Shown here one piece after another: positions 8,400 to 19,004 of a DNA stretch of 44,464 nucleotides. The position numbers and the translations under genes are program-made. Position 1 is the stretch's first letter. Every line of letters starts with the position of its first letter. The notes beneath the pieces are model-generated. The model ran no database searches and had not been told where the DNA came from. It saw nothing but the letters and a program-made list of their open reading frames with translations. Origin of the DNA: Anaerolineae bacterium (lineage in GTDB: Bacteria > Chloroflexota > Anaerolineae > Promineifilales > Promineifilaceae); NCBI GenBank assembly GCA_036985655.1, contig BTQB01000001.1, forward strand, positions 1-44,464, in the 5' to 3' direction.

Positions 8400-9035
8400 C
8401 AAATCCCTCCTGATAATCCTTGTGTACATCGTTTTGCGTTGGATCATTGTGAAGATGCGAAAAGCTAGATGCTGTTACGGTACCGTTTATATGACCCGCT
8501 GATCCACCTTGAATTCGTCGATCTTTGGTCTTGCCAATAGGGGACAATTTATCTTAATTATTGTGAGTCAACCTGCTGGATTAATTATAATAGGCGGGCA
8601 GAGGATAATAATCATCTGAGCGATTGCCCTCACAACAGAGCCATTCTTGATATTTTGCTGTGCGATTGTTTTTCAGGAGTCAACTTGAGCTAGAACTCAC
8701 CAAGGTTGAACGAAAATTCGCAGCGCAAAATATAAGTTCGCGGATCGAACTAACAGTTCCGTTTATGAGGAGTTCTCATACGCCGCGGCGCACCACGATA
8801 GATGAAAACGACGATATGCACAGAATCATGCCAATTCTAATCCGTGAAATCTGTGTCCTATTTTCGAAGGAGAGACGATTTTGACGTGATGTAAATTGGT
8901 AGATCATTTTAAAGCCTTTTCTTATCTCATTGCGTTTGCCTATCAACCCGCATTCGATATAATCCCTTGGTTTACCTGGTCGAGAAGGTATAGTTACCTG
9001 CGACCAATATGGTGGGCCAAAATCTTACACATGTT

Positions 9036-9063
9036 TTGACTAATCGGGGTGTGCTTGTATCAA
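9036..9063 (+). promoter_or_regulatory. candidate promoter for the rpsB-tsf operon
   Basis: TTGACT (9036-9041), a 16-nt spacer, then TATCAA (9058-9063), about 80 nt upstream of the rpsB ATG. Pattern match only. Confidence 0.25.
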
Positions 9064-9141
9064 TCGACATTGGATTGGTATCGAGTTCCAGATTAGGGTG
9101 AAGAACATGGAAGCATAAAACAAAAGAAGGAGTATTCCCCC

Positions 9142-10068
9142 ATGTCAGTTGTATCAATGAAAGCGCTACTCGAAACAGGCGTCCATTTCGGTCATAGAAC
9201 CCGCCGTTGGAATCCGAAGATGAAACCTTATATTTTCACCGAACGTAACGGTATTCATATCTTAGATTTGCAGCAAACCTTAATTAATATCGATAAAGCT
9301 CACGATCTAGTAAGGGAAACGGTTACACAAGGCGGCGAGGTGCTTTTTGTTGGAACAAAAAGACAAGCCCAAGACACTATAGCTCGAGAAGCCAGCAGAA
9401 GTCGACAACCTTATGTTAATGAAAGATGGCTTGGCGGCACTCTAACGAACTGGCAGACTATTCGCCAGCGAATTGATTATCTTAATAACCTTGAACGAAG
9501 GCGTGACGATGGTGAATTTGAGCTTTTGAAGAAAAAGGAAAGGTTACAGTTCACCCGGGAAATCGAAAAACTCGGTTCAAGATTAGGCGGTATTCGGAAT
9601 ATGAAGGGGCTGCCTTCATTACTTTATATCGTCGATGTCAATCATGAAGAGACAGCAGTTCGCGAAGCTAATAAATTGGGTATACCCATTATTGCCATGG
9701 TCGATACGAACTGTGATCCCGATGCTATCGACCATGTCATACCGTCCAACGACGATGCGATTAGGGCTATCAAAATCATCACTGGCAAAATGGCTGATGC
9801 CGCCATCGAAGGAATGGCTTTGAGAGAAGAAATGATTGAGGAAGCAATTGTAGATTTCGACGCTTATACTTATCAGGTTGAAGATCTCGACGATGCCGAA
9901 GACGAAAGGCTGTTAGGCGAAGCGACCCTGGCAAAATTAAGGGAAGGCGGGTTTGGAACAGCTGAAGAAGCTCCTGTTGAACAGGATCCTAAAGAAGAAG
10001 AGTCTGGGCCTCAAGAAGAAAAGGAAGAAGTGTCTGAAAAGGTAGGGGTCGACGAAGAGAACGAATAA
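9142..10068 (+). CDS. rpsB: 30S ribosomal protein S2 with an acidic C-terminal extension
   Basis: 308 aa. Motifs present are [29 protein letters not shown] and [16 protein letters not shown]. The last ~60 aa are Glu/Asp-rich. AAGGAG lies upstream of the ATG. Confidence 0.95.
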   Translation: MSVVSMKALLETGVHFGHRTRRWNPKMKPYIFTERNGIHILDLQQTLINIDKAHDLVRETVTQGGEVLFVGTKRQAQDTIAREASRSRQPYVNERWLGGTLTNWQTIRQRIDYLNNLERRRDDGEFELLKKKERLQFTREIEKLGSRLGGIRNMKGLPSLLYIVDVNHEETAVREANKLGIPIIAMVDTNCDPDAIDHVIPSNDDAIRAIKIITGKMADAAIEGMALREEMIEEAIVDFDAYTYQVEDLDDAEDERLLGEATLAKLREGGFGTAEEAPVEQDPKEEESGPQEEKEEVSEKVGVDEENE

Positions 10069-10147
10069 CATCTGAATTGTAATCTTCTCGATTGCTGTAC
10101 ATATCTGACCTTATTTTTTTCAAGATGACTGGAGTTGTTAGGTTGCC

Positions 10148-10759
10148 ATGAGTGTGTCAATAGAATTGATAAAGAGACTGCGTGAAGAAACAGGCGCTGG
10201 TGTATTAGAGACAAAGAAAACTTTAGAAGAAGCTGGTGGTGATTATGACAGGGCGGCCGAAATCCTTCGAGAAAAGGGATTAGCTAAAGTTGCCAAAAAA
10301 GCCGATAGAGAAGCAAAAGAAGGTTTGGTGGAATTGTATTCCCATCCAGGAAACCGTATTGGCGTCATTTTGGAGATTAATTGTGAGACCGATTTTGTTG
10401 CTCGTAATGAGAGATTTAAAACATTGGCTCACGATATAGCCCTGCATATTGCCGCTATGGAGCCGATCTACATCGATCGTAAGTCGGTACCTCAAGCAAT
10501 TTGCGATGAGAAGATTGCAGAATTTCGAGCTGAGGCCATTGCTGAAGGTAAACCCGAGAACATTGTCACTAAGATAGTTGATGGCAAACTTAATAAATTC
10601 TACTCAGAAGTTTGTCTATTGGAGCAAGACTTCGTGAAGGACGAAGAAGTGAAGGTTCTTGAACTAATCAATGGAGCAATTGGCGTATTGGGCGAGAACA
10701 TAATTGTCCGCCGGTTTAACCGATATTCGCTCGGAGAAGAACTGCCAGAAACCAATTAA
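10148..10759 (+). CDS. tsf: translation elongation factor Ts (short ~200-aa form)
   Basis: 203 aa with LIKRLREETGAGVLETKKTLEEAGGDYDRAAEILREKG and EINCETDFVARNE. Confidence 0.95.
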   Translation: MSVSIELIKRLREETGAGVLETKKTLEEAGGDYDRAAEILREKGLAKVAKKADREAKEGLVELYSHPGNRIGVILEINCETDFVARNERFKTLAHDIALHIAAMEPIYIDRKSVPQAICDEKIAEFRAEAIAEGKPENIVTKIVDGKLNKFYSEVCLLEQDFVKDEEVKVLELINGAIGVLGENIIVRRFNRYSLGEELPETN

Positions 10760-10785
10760 TCTGTGGCACGATGGATGCTGGATGA

Positions 10786-11514
<729 letters not shown>

Positions 11515-11552
11515 TCTTCGCTGAAGCGCCTGTGATACGATTGGAGGCAGCC

Positions 11553-12110
11553 ATGGTTCGCGAGTTAATGCAGGAAGCAGAATTGAGAATGAGAGGTGCA
11601 ATCGGATCATTGGAATCGGATTTGCAGTCTTATAGGACTGGACGCGCCTCACCCCATCTTTTGGATAGAATTGAGGTTGAAATGTATGGCGTCCTAGTGC
11701 CCCTAAATCAACTGGCCTCCATTTCTGTTCCAGAGCCTCAACAACTAGCTATTCGTCCATATGACCAAAATTCCATATCCTCTATCGAAAAAGCGATATT
11801 GAAGTCCGATCTTGGTTTGACGCCAAACAACGACGGTAAAATCATCCGCTTGAATATACCGCGACTGACCGAGGAAAGACGGCGAGATCTCTCCCGATTG
11901 GTTGGAAAAAGAGTAGAAGAAGCAAAAGTCGCAGTTCGAAACGTTCGCCGGGATACATTAAATGATTTGCGCGAATATAAAGATGAGAAGATCATATCTG
12001 AGAATCAGTTTTTTATCTCTCAAGACGATCTTCAGGATTTGACCGATAAGTATATCGAGCAAGTAGATGAGTTAGGTCTGCGTAAAGAAGCTGAAATTAT
12101 GGAAGTGTAG
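11553..12110 (+). CDS. frr: ribosome recycling factor
   Basis: The track ORF starts at GTG 11532. The ATG at 11553 has GGAGG 6 nt upstream and gives a canonical ~185-aa RRF (LQSYRTGRASPHLLDRIEVEMYG ... IRLNIPRLTEERRRDL). Confidence 0.93.
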   Translation: MVRELMQEAELRMRGAIGSLESDLQSYRTGRASPHLLDRIEVEMYGVLVPLNQLASISVPEPQQLAIRPYDQNSISSIEKAILKSDLGLTPNNDGKIIRLNIPRLTEERRRDLSRLVGKRVEEAKVAVRNVRRDTLNDLREYKDEKIISENQFFISQDDLQDLTDKYIEQVDELGLRKEAEIMEV

Positions 12111-12848
12111 ATGGGGATGCCAGATAGTAAAGAATCTTTTGATCAGACAGTCATAAGAGTACCGGTGCATGTTGCCATCATCATGGACGGCAACGGTCGC
12201 TGGGCGAAAAAAAGAGGCTTACCCCGACAAGCTGGACATCGAGCAGGCGTGGAAAATTTAAGGCGAATTATTGACGCTTGTGTTGAATTCGGCATCAAAA
12301 TTCTTACCATTTACGCTTTCTCAACAGAAAATTGGGGGAGACCAGAAAGCGAAGTGCGGGGACTTATGCGAATTTTTTCTCGAGTCCTCGATCAGGAGCT
12401 TAATGAATTACATGCTCAAGGAATCTGTCTGCATCACCTCGGCGATCTTAGCGGCATCGACCCATCTTTACAGGAAAAAGTAATTCACGCTATCGATCTG
12501 ACCAGGGATAATAAGCGACTTATTCTAAATGTTGCCTTCAATTATGGCGGCCGGGCTGAAATATTACATGCAGTTCAAGAGATGCTGGCTGATGGGGTGC
12601 TTCCGGAGGATCTTAACGAAAAGCTTTTCAGTTCATACCTATTTACGGCCGGTTTACCCGATCCTGATCTCGTTATAAGGACTAGCGGGGAACTGCGTGT
12701 AAGCAACTTTCTAATCTGGCAGGCGGCTTATGCTGAATATTATGCAACCCCTGATTATTGGCCTGACTTCGGCCGAGATGAGCTATACGAGGCTTTAGTT
12801 GAATTTAACCAACGGAAGCGCCGGTTTGGATTAGTTTCAGAGAATTAG
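12111..12848 (+). CDS. uppS: isoprenyl transferase (undecaprenyl diphosphate synthase)
   Basis: 245 aa with HVAIIMDGNGRWA, YAFSTENW.RP, IRTSGE.R.SNFL.WQ.AY.E. The start abuts the frr stop. Confidence 0.93.
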   Translation: MGMPDSKESFDQTVIRVPVHVAIIMDGNGRWAKKRGLPRQAGHRAGVENLRRIIDACVEFGIKILTIYAFSTENWGRPESEVRGLMRIFSRVLDQELNELHAQGICLHHLGDLSGIDPSLQEKVIHAIDLTRDNKRLILNVAFNYGGRAEILHAVQEMLADGVLPEDLNEKLFSSYLFTAGLPDPDLVIRTSGELRVSNFLIWQAAYAEYYATPDYWPDFGRDELYEALVEFNQRKRRFGLVSEN

Positions 12849-12865
12849 GAAAATAGAATTCATTC

Positions 12866-13693
12866 ATGTTTTGGCGACGCGCCCTTGTTTTCTTCACGTT
12901 GGGCCCATTAACCCTTCTACTCGTCTATCTAGGTGGTTGGTTCTATTTCATTCCGTTTGCAGGACTATTGATAGTTGCTTCAATCGAGTTTTCTCATCTG
13001 GGAGGAAAGCTGGGCTGGCGAATCCCTTTACTGGTACTAATACCATCTGTAATTGCTCAATGGTTCCTCCCGTTGGAGGTTCAAGAGATGCTGTTTGGTG
13101 GCAGCGGATTGCAGGTAGACCTTGCGTCGACAGCCATGGTATTAAGCCTGCTGGTCATTATGGGTTACGCGCTTTGGTTATTTGAACGAAAAGATGGTGA
13201 AGATGCAGCGGGTTCTTGGATGGCAGGAGTTGGCGGATTCATCGTTCTTGGATGGCTTGGCAGTTATTTTTTCCAGCTTCGAGCATTTGGCGAAACAGGG
13301 ATGGAATGGACTATTGCCGTTATGGTGGGTATTTGGATTGCCGATTCTGGTGCATACGTTATTGGAAAGACATTGGGCAGACATAAACTGGCGCCTAAAT
13401 TAAGTCCTAATAAAACATTAGAAGGCTATTTTGGCGGCGTGCTTTTTGGAACAGTTGCTACCCTTTTATTGGCAATGTTATTTGATCTAAACCTGTGGAC
13501 AGCGCTATTGATAGGTCTAACGATATCCATTCTATCACCCCTCGGCGACCTGGGCGTTTCAATGTTAAAGCGAACTGTTGGCGTAAAGGATTCTGGAAAT
13601 TTCCTGCCTGGCCATGGCGGTGCACTAGATCGAACGGATAGTTTGCTTTGGGGCGTCGTTTTGGCCTATTATTTGCTGCAGCTAACCAGTTGA
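12866..13693 (+). CDS. cdsA: phosphatidate cytidylyltransferase
   Basis: 275 aa and polytopic. It carries the signature DSGAYVIGKTLGRHKLAPKLSPNKTLEG and GDLGVSMLKRTVGVKDSG..LPGHGG.LDR.DS. Confidence 0.9.
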   Translation: MFWRRALVFFTLGPLTLLLVYLGGWFYFIPFAGLLIVASIEFSHLGGKLGWRIPLLVLIPSVIAQWFLPLEVQEMLFGGSGLQVDLASTAMVLSLLVIMGYALWLFERKDGEDAAGSWMAGVGGFIVLGWLGSYFFQLRAFGETGMEWTIAVMVGIWIADSGAYVIGKTLGRHKLAPKLSPNKTLEGYFGGVLFGTVATLLLAMLFDLNLWTALLIGLTISILSPLGDLGVSMLKRTVGVKDSGNFLPGHGGALDRTDSLLWGVVLAYYLLQLTS

Positions 13694-13820
13694 GTTAAGG
13701 CCCCAATAAAGAAATTCGCGCCTATTTCATGAAATCAAAGTTGTTTTTACCGATGATGGCTGTTGCAAACTGCACTTCTGCTGATCGATATTTAATTTAG
13801 AACAATTCTAGATTTAGAGG

Positions 13821-14834
13821 TTGGATGTGGAACGAATTATAACAATTGAGAGATTCATTCTGGATAACCAGCCTGAGTATGCAGTTGGTGACTTCACTAA
13901 TCTCCTTTATGACATTGCCCTCGCAGCAAAAGCTATCGCTGCGAAAACTGTTCGAGCTGGCCTGATAGATATTCTTGGACGGGCAGGGACAACTAACATT
14001 CAAGGGGAAGATCAACAGAAAATAGATATCTATGCAGATCTGATTATAAGACGACTGAGCGATCATACCGGCCGATTATGTGTCATGGCTTCCGAGGAAC
14101 ACGAAGAGATTATTGAAATTCCCCCAAAGTATCCCAAGGGGCGGTATGTGTTAGTCTTCGATCCCCTGGATGGTTCATCCAACATTGATTTCAATGTCAG
14201 CACGGGGACGATTTTTGGAATCTTTCGCTGTAAGGATTGGGAGCTTCGCGGCCGTCTTGAAGATTGTTTACAGCCCGGTCGCGATCTGGTTGCTGCGGGA
14301 TACATTTTGTACAGCACAAGTACCATGCTGGTTTACAGCACCGGTTCCGGAGTCCATGGATTCACCCTTGATCCGGATCTGGGCGAATTCCTGTTGTCTC
14401 ATGAAAGAATGATAATGCCTGATCCACCCATATATTTCAGCGCTAATCAGAGTTATTTCCGGTGGTGGTCAAAAGGAGTGCAAGAATATCTTCGCTGGCT
14501 GCGAGGGCGGGAAGACTCGGACTACATTCTAAGTGAGCGATATATTGGCTCTCTCGTGGCTGATTTCCATCGTAACCTTATTAGCGGCGGCGTTTTTATC
14601 TACCCTGCGAAGATCGGTGAACCACAAGGCAAGCTGCGCTTATTGTATGAAGCAACACCGCTTGCATTTTTAGCCGCTCAAGCAGGTGGTTATGCCTCAG
14701 ATGGAAACGGGCCAATTCTTGATAGACAACCCACTAGCTTGCATCAACGAACGCCGCTCTTTATCGGAAATAAGGATTTAGTGGAAAAGGCAGAAGAATT
14801 TATCAGTAAATTTGACCAAAATAACAACATTTAA
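13821..14834 (+). CDS. fbp: fructose-1,6-bisphosphatase class 1
   Basis: 337 aa with [25 protein letters not shown] and RY.GSLVAD.HRNL. The track start is TTG 13821. GTG at 13827 has better spacing from AGAGG. Confidence 0.9.
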   Translation: MDVERIITIERFILDNQPEYAVGDFTNLLYDIALAAKAIAAKTVRAGLIDILGRAGTTNIQGEDQQKIDIYADLIIRRLSDHTGRLCVMASEEHEEIIEIPPKYPKGRYVLVFDPLDGSSNIDFNVSTGTIFGIFRCKDWELRGRLEDCLQPGRDLVAAGYILYSTSTMLVYSTGSGVHGFTLDPDLGEFLLSHERMIMPDPPIYFSANQSYFRWWSKGVQEYLRWLRGREDSDYILSERYIGSLVADFHRNLISGGVFIYPAKIGEPQGKLRLLYEATPLAFLAAQAGGYASDGNGPILDRQPTSLHQRTPLFIGNKDLVEKAEEFISKFDQNNNI

Positions 14835-14863
14835 TGTTACGGATCAGTTCGATAGTAGCAATT

Positions 14864-14917
14864 CAATTAAATAGTGACATTTTCACTGAACAATTAGATA
14901 GTGACACTTTTACTGAA
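14864..14917. repeat. two tandem 27-bp direct repeats (24/27 identical)
   Basis: CAATTAAATAGTGACATTTTCACTGAA (14864-14890) is followed directly by CAATTAGATAGTGACACTTTTACTGAA (14891-14917). A third unit begins (CAATAAC) but is not completed. The repeats lie between fbp and the predicted rho promoter. Confidence 0.8.
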
Positions 14918-14942
14918 CAATAACACACATACAGGCTTCTAA

Positions 14943-14971
14943 TTGACGATCAATAGAGGTCGTGTTATACT
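14943..14971 (+). promoter_or_regulatory. candidate sigma70-type promoter driving a ~300-nt rho leader
   Basis: TTGACG (14943-14948), a 17-nt spacer, then TATACT (14966-14971). The rho ATG is at 15284. Confidence 0.4.
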
Positions 14972-15283
14972 GCTTTTGCCCAGGGAATTAACAAAAATCA
15001 ATCCTCAGCCATTGCTATCTGTACCTGCCGTTTGGCCTAACACTTTCTCAGAAACCATATCGACAGAATTCGTTTGTTGAGGGTCTGGTTTGGGAAATAA
15101 TGGGGGTCCCAAATGGATGGTAACTGATTTAGTTGAGAACAAAAAAACCCATAAATAGTAAATACCGAAAAAAATTATAGAAAAAACAAGAATTATATAG
15201 GCAAAGGTGAATTCTTCTCTATTAGAAGTCCGTATCACCTTTTAGATGCAGTACATGTATTTTATTCTTGTCGGAGAATGTAA

Positions 15284-16561
15284 ATGGATATAGCTGAATT
15301 AGAATTAAAAAAGTTAAGTGAACTTAAAGATATTGCCCGAGAGATGGGTATCTCCGGATATACCACTCTTAAGAAACAGGGCCTAATCCTTGAGATAATG
15401 CGGGCTAAAGTCAAAGCTCAGGGACACGAGTTTCGAGGGGGCGTGCTTGAAATCGTCGAGGATGACAAGCAAACAATGGGATTCCTTCGAACAAAAAATT
15501 ACCTACCTGGTCCTGAAGATATATATGTCTCTAACTCTCAGATCCGCCGGCTTGGAATGCGAACTGGTGACATGGTCATGGGGCAGGTGCGAGTGCCGAA
15601 GGATAATGAAAAATATTTTAGCCTTCTACGCGTCGAAGCCATCAATGGCCAAGATCCTGAACTTGCCAAGAGGCGTCCGAAGTTCGGTTCGCTGACGCCA
15701 ATATTCCCTCTCGAGAAATTGAAGCTCGAACGGGAACCACATGTTCTTACTACTCGAATGCTGGATTTGGTAGCGCCCATCGGCCGAGGACAGCGAGGTC
15801 TCATCGTATCACCACCAAAAGCGGGAAAAACAACCGTCCTACAGGACATCGCGAACGGTATTAGTGGCAATTATAATGATATTCACTTAATGGTTGCGCT
15901 AATTGGCGAGCGGCCGGAAGAGGTTACCGATATGGAGCGGTCGGTCGAAGGTGAGGTAATTAGCTCGACCTTTGATGAGCCAGTACGCCAGCACTGCCGA
16001 GTGGCGGAAATGGTCCTCAATAGGGCCAGGAGACTCGTTGAATCGGGCTACGATGTCGTAGTACTCTTGGATTCAATTACTCGGCTGGCAAGGGCATACA
16101 ATCTAACTGTGGCACCAAGCGGCAGAACATTATCTGGTGGGCTCGATCCTTCTGCTTTATACCCACCTAAACATTTTTTTGGTGCGGCCCGGAATATCGA
16201 GGAAGGCGGCAGCCTTACCATTATAGCGACATGTCTTGTTGACACAGGCAGTCGAATGGACGACGTCATTTACGAAGAATTCAAAGGAACTGGCAACATG
16301 GAATTGTTGCTTAGTCGAAGGCTTCAGGAGAGACGTATCTTCCCAGCATACGATATCGAAAGATCTAGTACTCGACGTGAAGAGCTTCTTTTATCTGGCG
16401 ATGAACTGAAGCATGTTTATATGATGAGGAGAATGCTGGCTCATCTGATGGACACTCCTGGATATGACATTAGCTCTGCGACGGCCGCTGTTCTTCAGCG
16501 AATGCGTGAGACCAACACAAATTACGAGTTCCTGGAGACCCTGACAAAGGATATGATGTAG
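15284..16561 (+). CDS. rho: transcription termination factor Rho
   Basis: 425 aa with an N-terminal Rho_N (LSELKDIAREMGISGYTTLKKQGLILEI), a cold-shock-like RNA-binding domain (GFLR...D.YVS.SQIRR..LR.GD), Walker A PPKAGKTT, and LLDSITRLARAYN. Confidence 0.95.
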   Translation: MDIAELELKKLSELKDIAREMGISGYTTLKKQGLILEIMRAKVKAQGHEFRGGVLEIVEDDKQTMGFLRTKNYLPGPEDIYVSNSQIRRLGMRTGDMVMGQVRVPKDNEKYFSLLRVEAINGQDPELAKRRPKFGSLTPIFPLEKLKLEREPHVLTTRMLDLVAPIGRGQRGLIVSPPKAGKTTVLQDIANGISGNYNDIHLMVALIGERPEEVTDMERSVEGEVISSTFDEPVRQHCRVAEMVLNRARRLVESGYDVVVLLDSITRLARAYNLTVAPSGRTLSGGLDPSALYPPKHFFGAARNIEEGGSLTIIATCLVDTGSRMDDVIYEEFKGTGNMELLLSRRLQERRIFPAYDIERSSTRREELLLSGDELKHVYMMRRMLAHLMDTPGYDISSATAAVLQRMRETNTNYEFLETLTKDMM

Positions 16562-16767
16562 CCGTTCAGGCAGAAGGTCATCGTATAAGATAACCTCTAG
16601 TTCTATGAGCACCTCGGCTGGATCTCCTAGATTATTTGTCAATTGATTCCAGCAAGTAATCTCAGGAACCTCCCCTAATCAAATATCCCCTCTATAGAAA
16701 GCTAATTATTCGATGAACTTTCTTTATTCATCAACCAGCTTGTGGTAGCATCCTCGCGCCTGAGGAG

Positions 16768-17847
16768 ATGTGGATGGAGGATAATGAACGCCCACTAAAT
16801 AAGGTTGGGGGACACTTAGCTTTAGTAGCTGTTGCCGCGTTATTATTTATCGGCGCACGTTCAATGTGGGTTAGCGATTTATTGGATTATCATCTAGAAG
16901 CAGATAGAGATATTACCGAGAATGCAACCAGTGCCGGGCAATCTCCATCAAATTTGGAACTGTTATCAGGCCAGGTTAAGCGATCGTTTAGTTTGTCTGA
17001 TTTCCCCACCTCAGTAAATAGCAGCATATCACCCAATCTGTATCCTGCGACTTTTCAGGGGGAGAAACCGCATCACGAACTAATCACATATACAGTTCAA
17101 CCCCAAGATACACCGATAGGGATCGCTGAAAAATTCGGGATAAAAAGCGAGACGATTCTTGGGGGCAATGCTTATTTAAGTGAAGAGGCCAGTTCAATGC
17201 AGGTCGGGGCCAATCTCCTAATTCTACCAATCGATGGTGTTCTCCATGATGTCGTCGAAGGAGAAACTCTCGAGAGCCTCTCAGAACTGTATGGTATATC
17301 TGCTGAAGAAATCATAGCCTATGTACCAAACAATTTAGAATTTCCCTACCGGCTTTATCCGGGCACTCAGATAATGGTGCCTGGCGCTGTTAGAGAGGTG
17401 TTTGTGTGGTCTGCCCCGTCATTGCCATCAAGACCGTCAACTTCGGATTCTACAGGTTCGGGCATAGCCCCGTTAGTCCAGGGAACAGGCACATTCATTT
17501 GGCCGGTCGCTTCTCGCCGAATAACCCAACAATTTTGGTACGGCCATACGGCTATTGATGTAGCAATGCCCGAGGGAAGCAGCGTCATCGCGGCCGATAC
17601 CGGCACGGTAACTTGGGCTGGATGGAATGTCTATGGCTATGGCAACTTAGTGGTCATCAACCATGGCAATGGTTATGAAACCTACTATGGTCATTTGAGT
17701 AATATTGGGGTGGTTCCCGGCCAGATTGTGAATCAGGGCCAATACATAGCTGCTTCGGGCAATACTGGCCGATCTTCAGGTCCACACCTCCATATCGAAA
17801 TTCGCTACTTCAATAGCATGCTGCAACCCTTGGCCATCCTACGATAA
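16768..17847 (+). CDS. LysM-domain M23-family metallopeptidase
   Basis: 359 aa with one N-terminal TM helix and two LysM-like repeats (YTVQPQDTPIGIAEKFGI; HDVVEGETLESLSELYGI). The M23 core has H.AIDVA, YGHL and GNTGRSSGPHLHIEIR. A second ATG at 16774 has better spacing from GAGGAG. Confidence 0.85.
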   Translation: MWMEDNERPLNKVGGHLALVAVAALLFIGARSMWVSDLLDYHLEADRDITENATSAGQSPSNLELLSGQVKRSFSLSDFPTSVNSSISPNLYPATFQGEKPHHELITYTVQPQDTPIGIAEKFGIKSETILGGNAYLSEEASSMQVGANLLILPIDGVLHDVVEGETLESLSELYGISAEEIIAYVPNNLEFPYRLYPGTQIMVPGAVREVFVWSAPSLPSRPSTSDSTGSGIAPLVQGTGTFIWPVASRRITQQFWYGHTAIDVAMPEGSSVIAADTGTVTWAGWNVYGYGNLVVINHGNGYETYYGHLSNIGVVPGQIVNQGQYIAASGNTGRSSGPHLHIEIRYFNSMLQPLAILR

Positions 17848-17873
17848 CTCGATCAATACGACAATCAATGATT

Positions 17874-19004
17874 CTACTGCTGTTTACCAGCAGTTTCATC
17901 TTTGGCATTCCCCATACCAGACAGCAGCCGATCTCGCAGCTGGCCACAGCCGGCTTTAATATCAATTCCGCGCCTTACCCGAACAGTGCTGCTGATGCCG
18001 TGTTTCAATAAAACCTCTTGAAAAGCTGTCACACGTTTTCTAGATGATGGCTGACCGCCGTACCCGGCCGTTGGATTAAGCGGTATGAGATTTACATGGC
18101 ACAGCATACCCTGAAGGAGCTTTCCCAGGGCAGCCGCCTGTTCTAGGGTATCATTCTCTCCGGAAATTAAAGCCCATTCAAAGGTGATCCGGCGTCTAGT
18201 TATATTGATGTAGTAATAGCAGGCATCCATCAATTCTGAAAGAGGCCAGCGACGATTAATGGGAATTAATCGATCGCGTTCCTGGTCTGTTGCAGCGTGC
18301 AAAGAAACAGCTAGAGAAGATTGCCGTCTCTCATCCGCGTATTTGCGGATTGCGGACACTAAGCCTACAGTGGAGATGGTGATCTTTCTCGCTCCTAAGT
18401 TGAAACCTTTAGAATCTGTTAAGTTATCAACGGCCTGGAGGGTATTATCGTAATTGTGAAGCGGCTCTCCCATGCCCATCATCACAATATTGGTTACTTT
18501 CTCTCCCTCGCTTGCCAGCAATCGGGCAAAATAGAGAGCTTGATTAGTTATCTCGCCCACTGATAGGTTGCGAAAAAATCCCATTTGGCCTGTAGCACAG
18601 AACACGCAACCCATGGCGCAGCCAGCTTGAGTGCTAATACACAAAGTCCGTCGCTTTTCGTAACGCATGAGAACCGTTTCGATAAAGTTGTTATCCGGAA
18701 GTTGGAATAGGACCTTTATAGTCTGTCCATCCTTAGACTCCTGGCGACTGACCACTTTCCCCGATTGTAATACCGTTTCCTCATCTAAGATATCGCGTAG
18801 AGCCAGCGGAAGGTTGGTCATTTTGCTGTAACTTGCTGCATAGTGGCGGTATAACCACTCCCAAATCTGATCTGCCCTATAGGAAGGCAAGTCAATATCC
18901 TGAACGAAGTCAGATAGCTCATTAAAAGAAAGGTCATATAAATTCAATGATCTAGGTGAGTTAGGTATCATTTTTACACAGGCTGTATCACTTATTGCTA
19001 TCAC
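17874..19004 (-). CDS. rlmN: 23S rRNA/tRNA (adenine-C2)-methyltransferase RlmN (radical SAM)
   Basis: 376 aa with the radical-SAM motif GCAMGCVFCATG, MGMGEPL.N, and a C-terminal CGQL. The GTG start overlaps the upstream HAD gene stop (GTGA). Confidence 0.9.
   Translation of the reverse strand: MIAISDTACVKMIPNSPRSLNLYDLSFNELSDFVQDIDLPSYRADQIWEWLYRHYAASYSKMTNLPLALRDILDEETVLQSGKVVSRQESKDGQTIKVLFQLPDNNFIETVLMRYEKRRTLCISTQAGCAMGCVFCATGQMGFFRNLSVGEITNQALYFARLLASEGEKVTNIVMMGMGEPLHNYDNTLQAVDNLTDSKGFNLGARKITISTVGLVSAIRKYADERRQSSLAVSLHAATDQERDRLIPINRRWPLSELMDACYYYINITRRRITFEWALISGENDTLEQAAALGKLLQGMLCHVNLIPLNPTAGYGGQPSSRKRVTAFQEVLLKHGISSTVRVRRGIDIKAGCGQLRDRLLSGMGNAKDETAGKQQ

Noticed and set aside
8389-8547. 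52-aa TTG-start ORF (MSPIGKTKDRRIQGGSAGHINGTV...) overlapping the 36-aa ORF
   Set aside because: It has a TTG start with no Shine-Dalgarno sequence, no recognisable family and a length below any reliable threshold. It is mentioned only within the long-spacer finding.
8660-9157. Track ORFs 8660-8884 (+) and 8972-9157 (-) in the spacer before rpsB
   Set aside because: Neither has a ribosome-binding site or a recognisable motif. The second overlaps the rpsB Shine-Dalgarno sequence and start on the opposite strand. They are probably chance ORFs.
15005-15238. 77-aa minus-strand ORF with one hydrophobic helix
   Set aside because: It has a GTG start without a spaced Shine-Dalgarno sequence. It lies antisense inside what looks like the rho 5' leader, downstream of a good plus-strand promoter, and its hydrophobicity comes from an A/T-rich tract.
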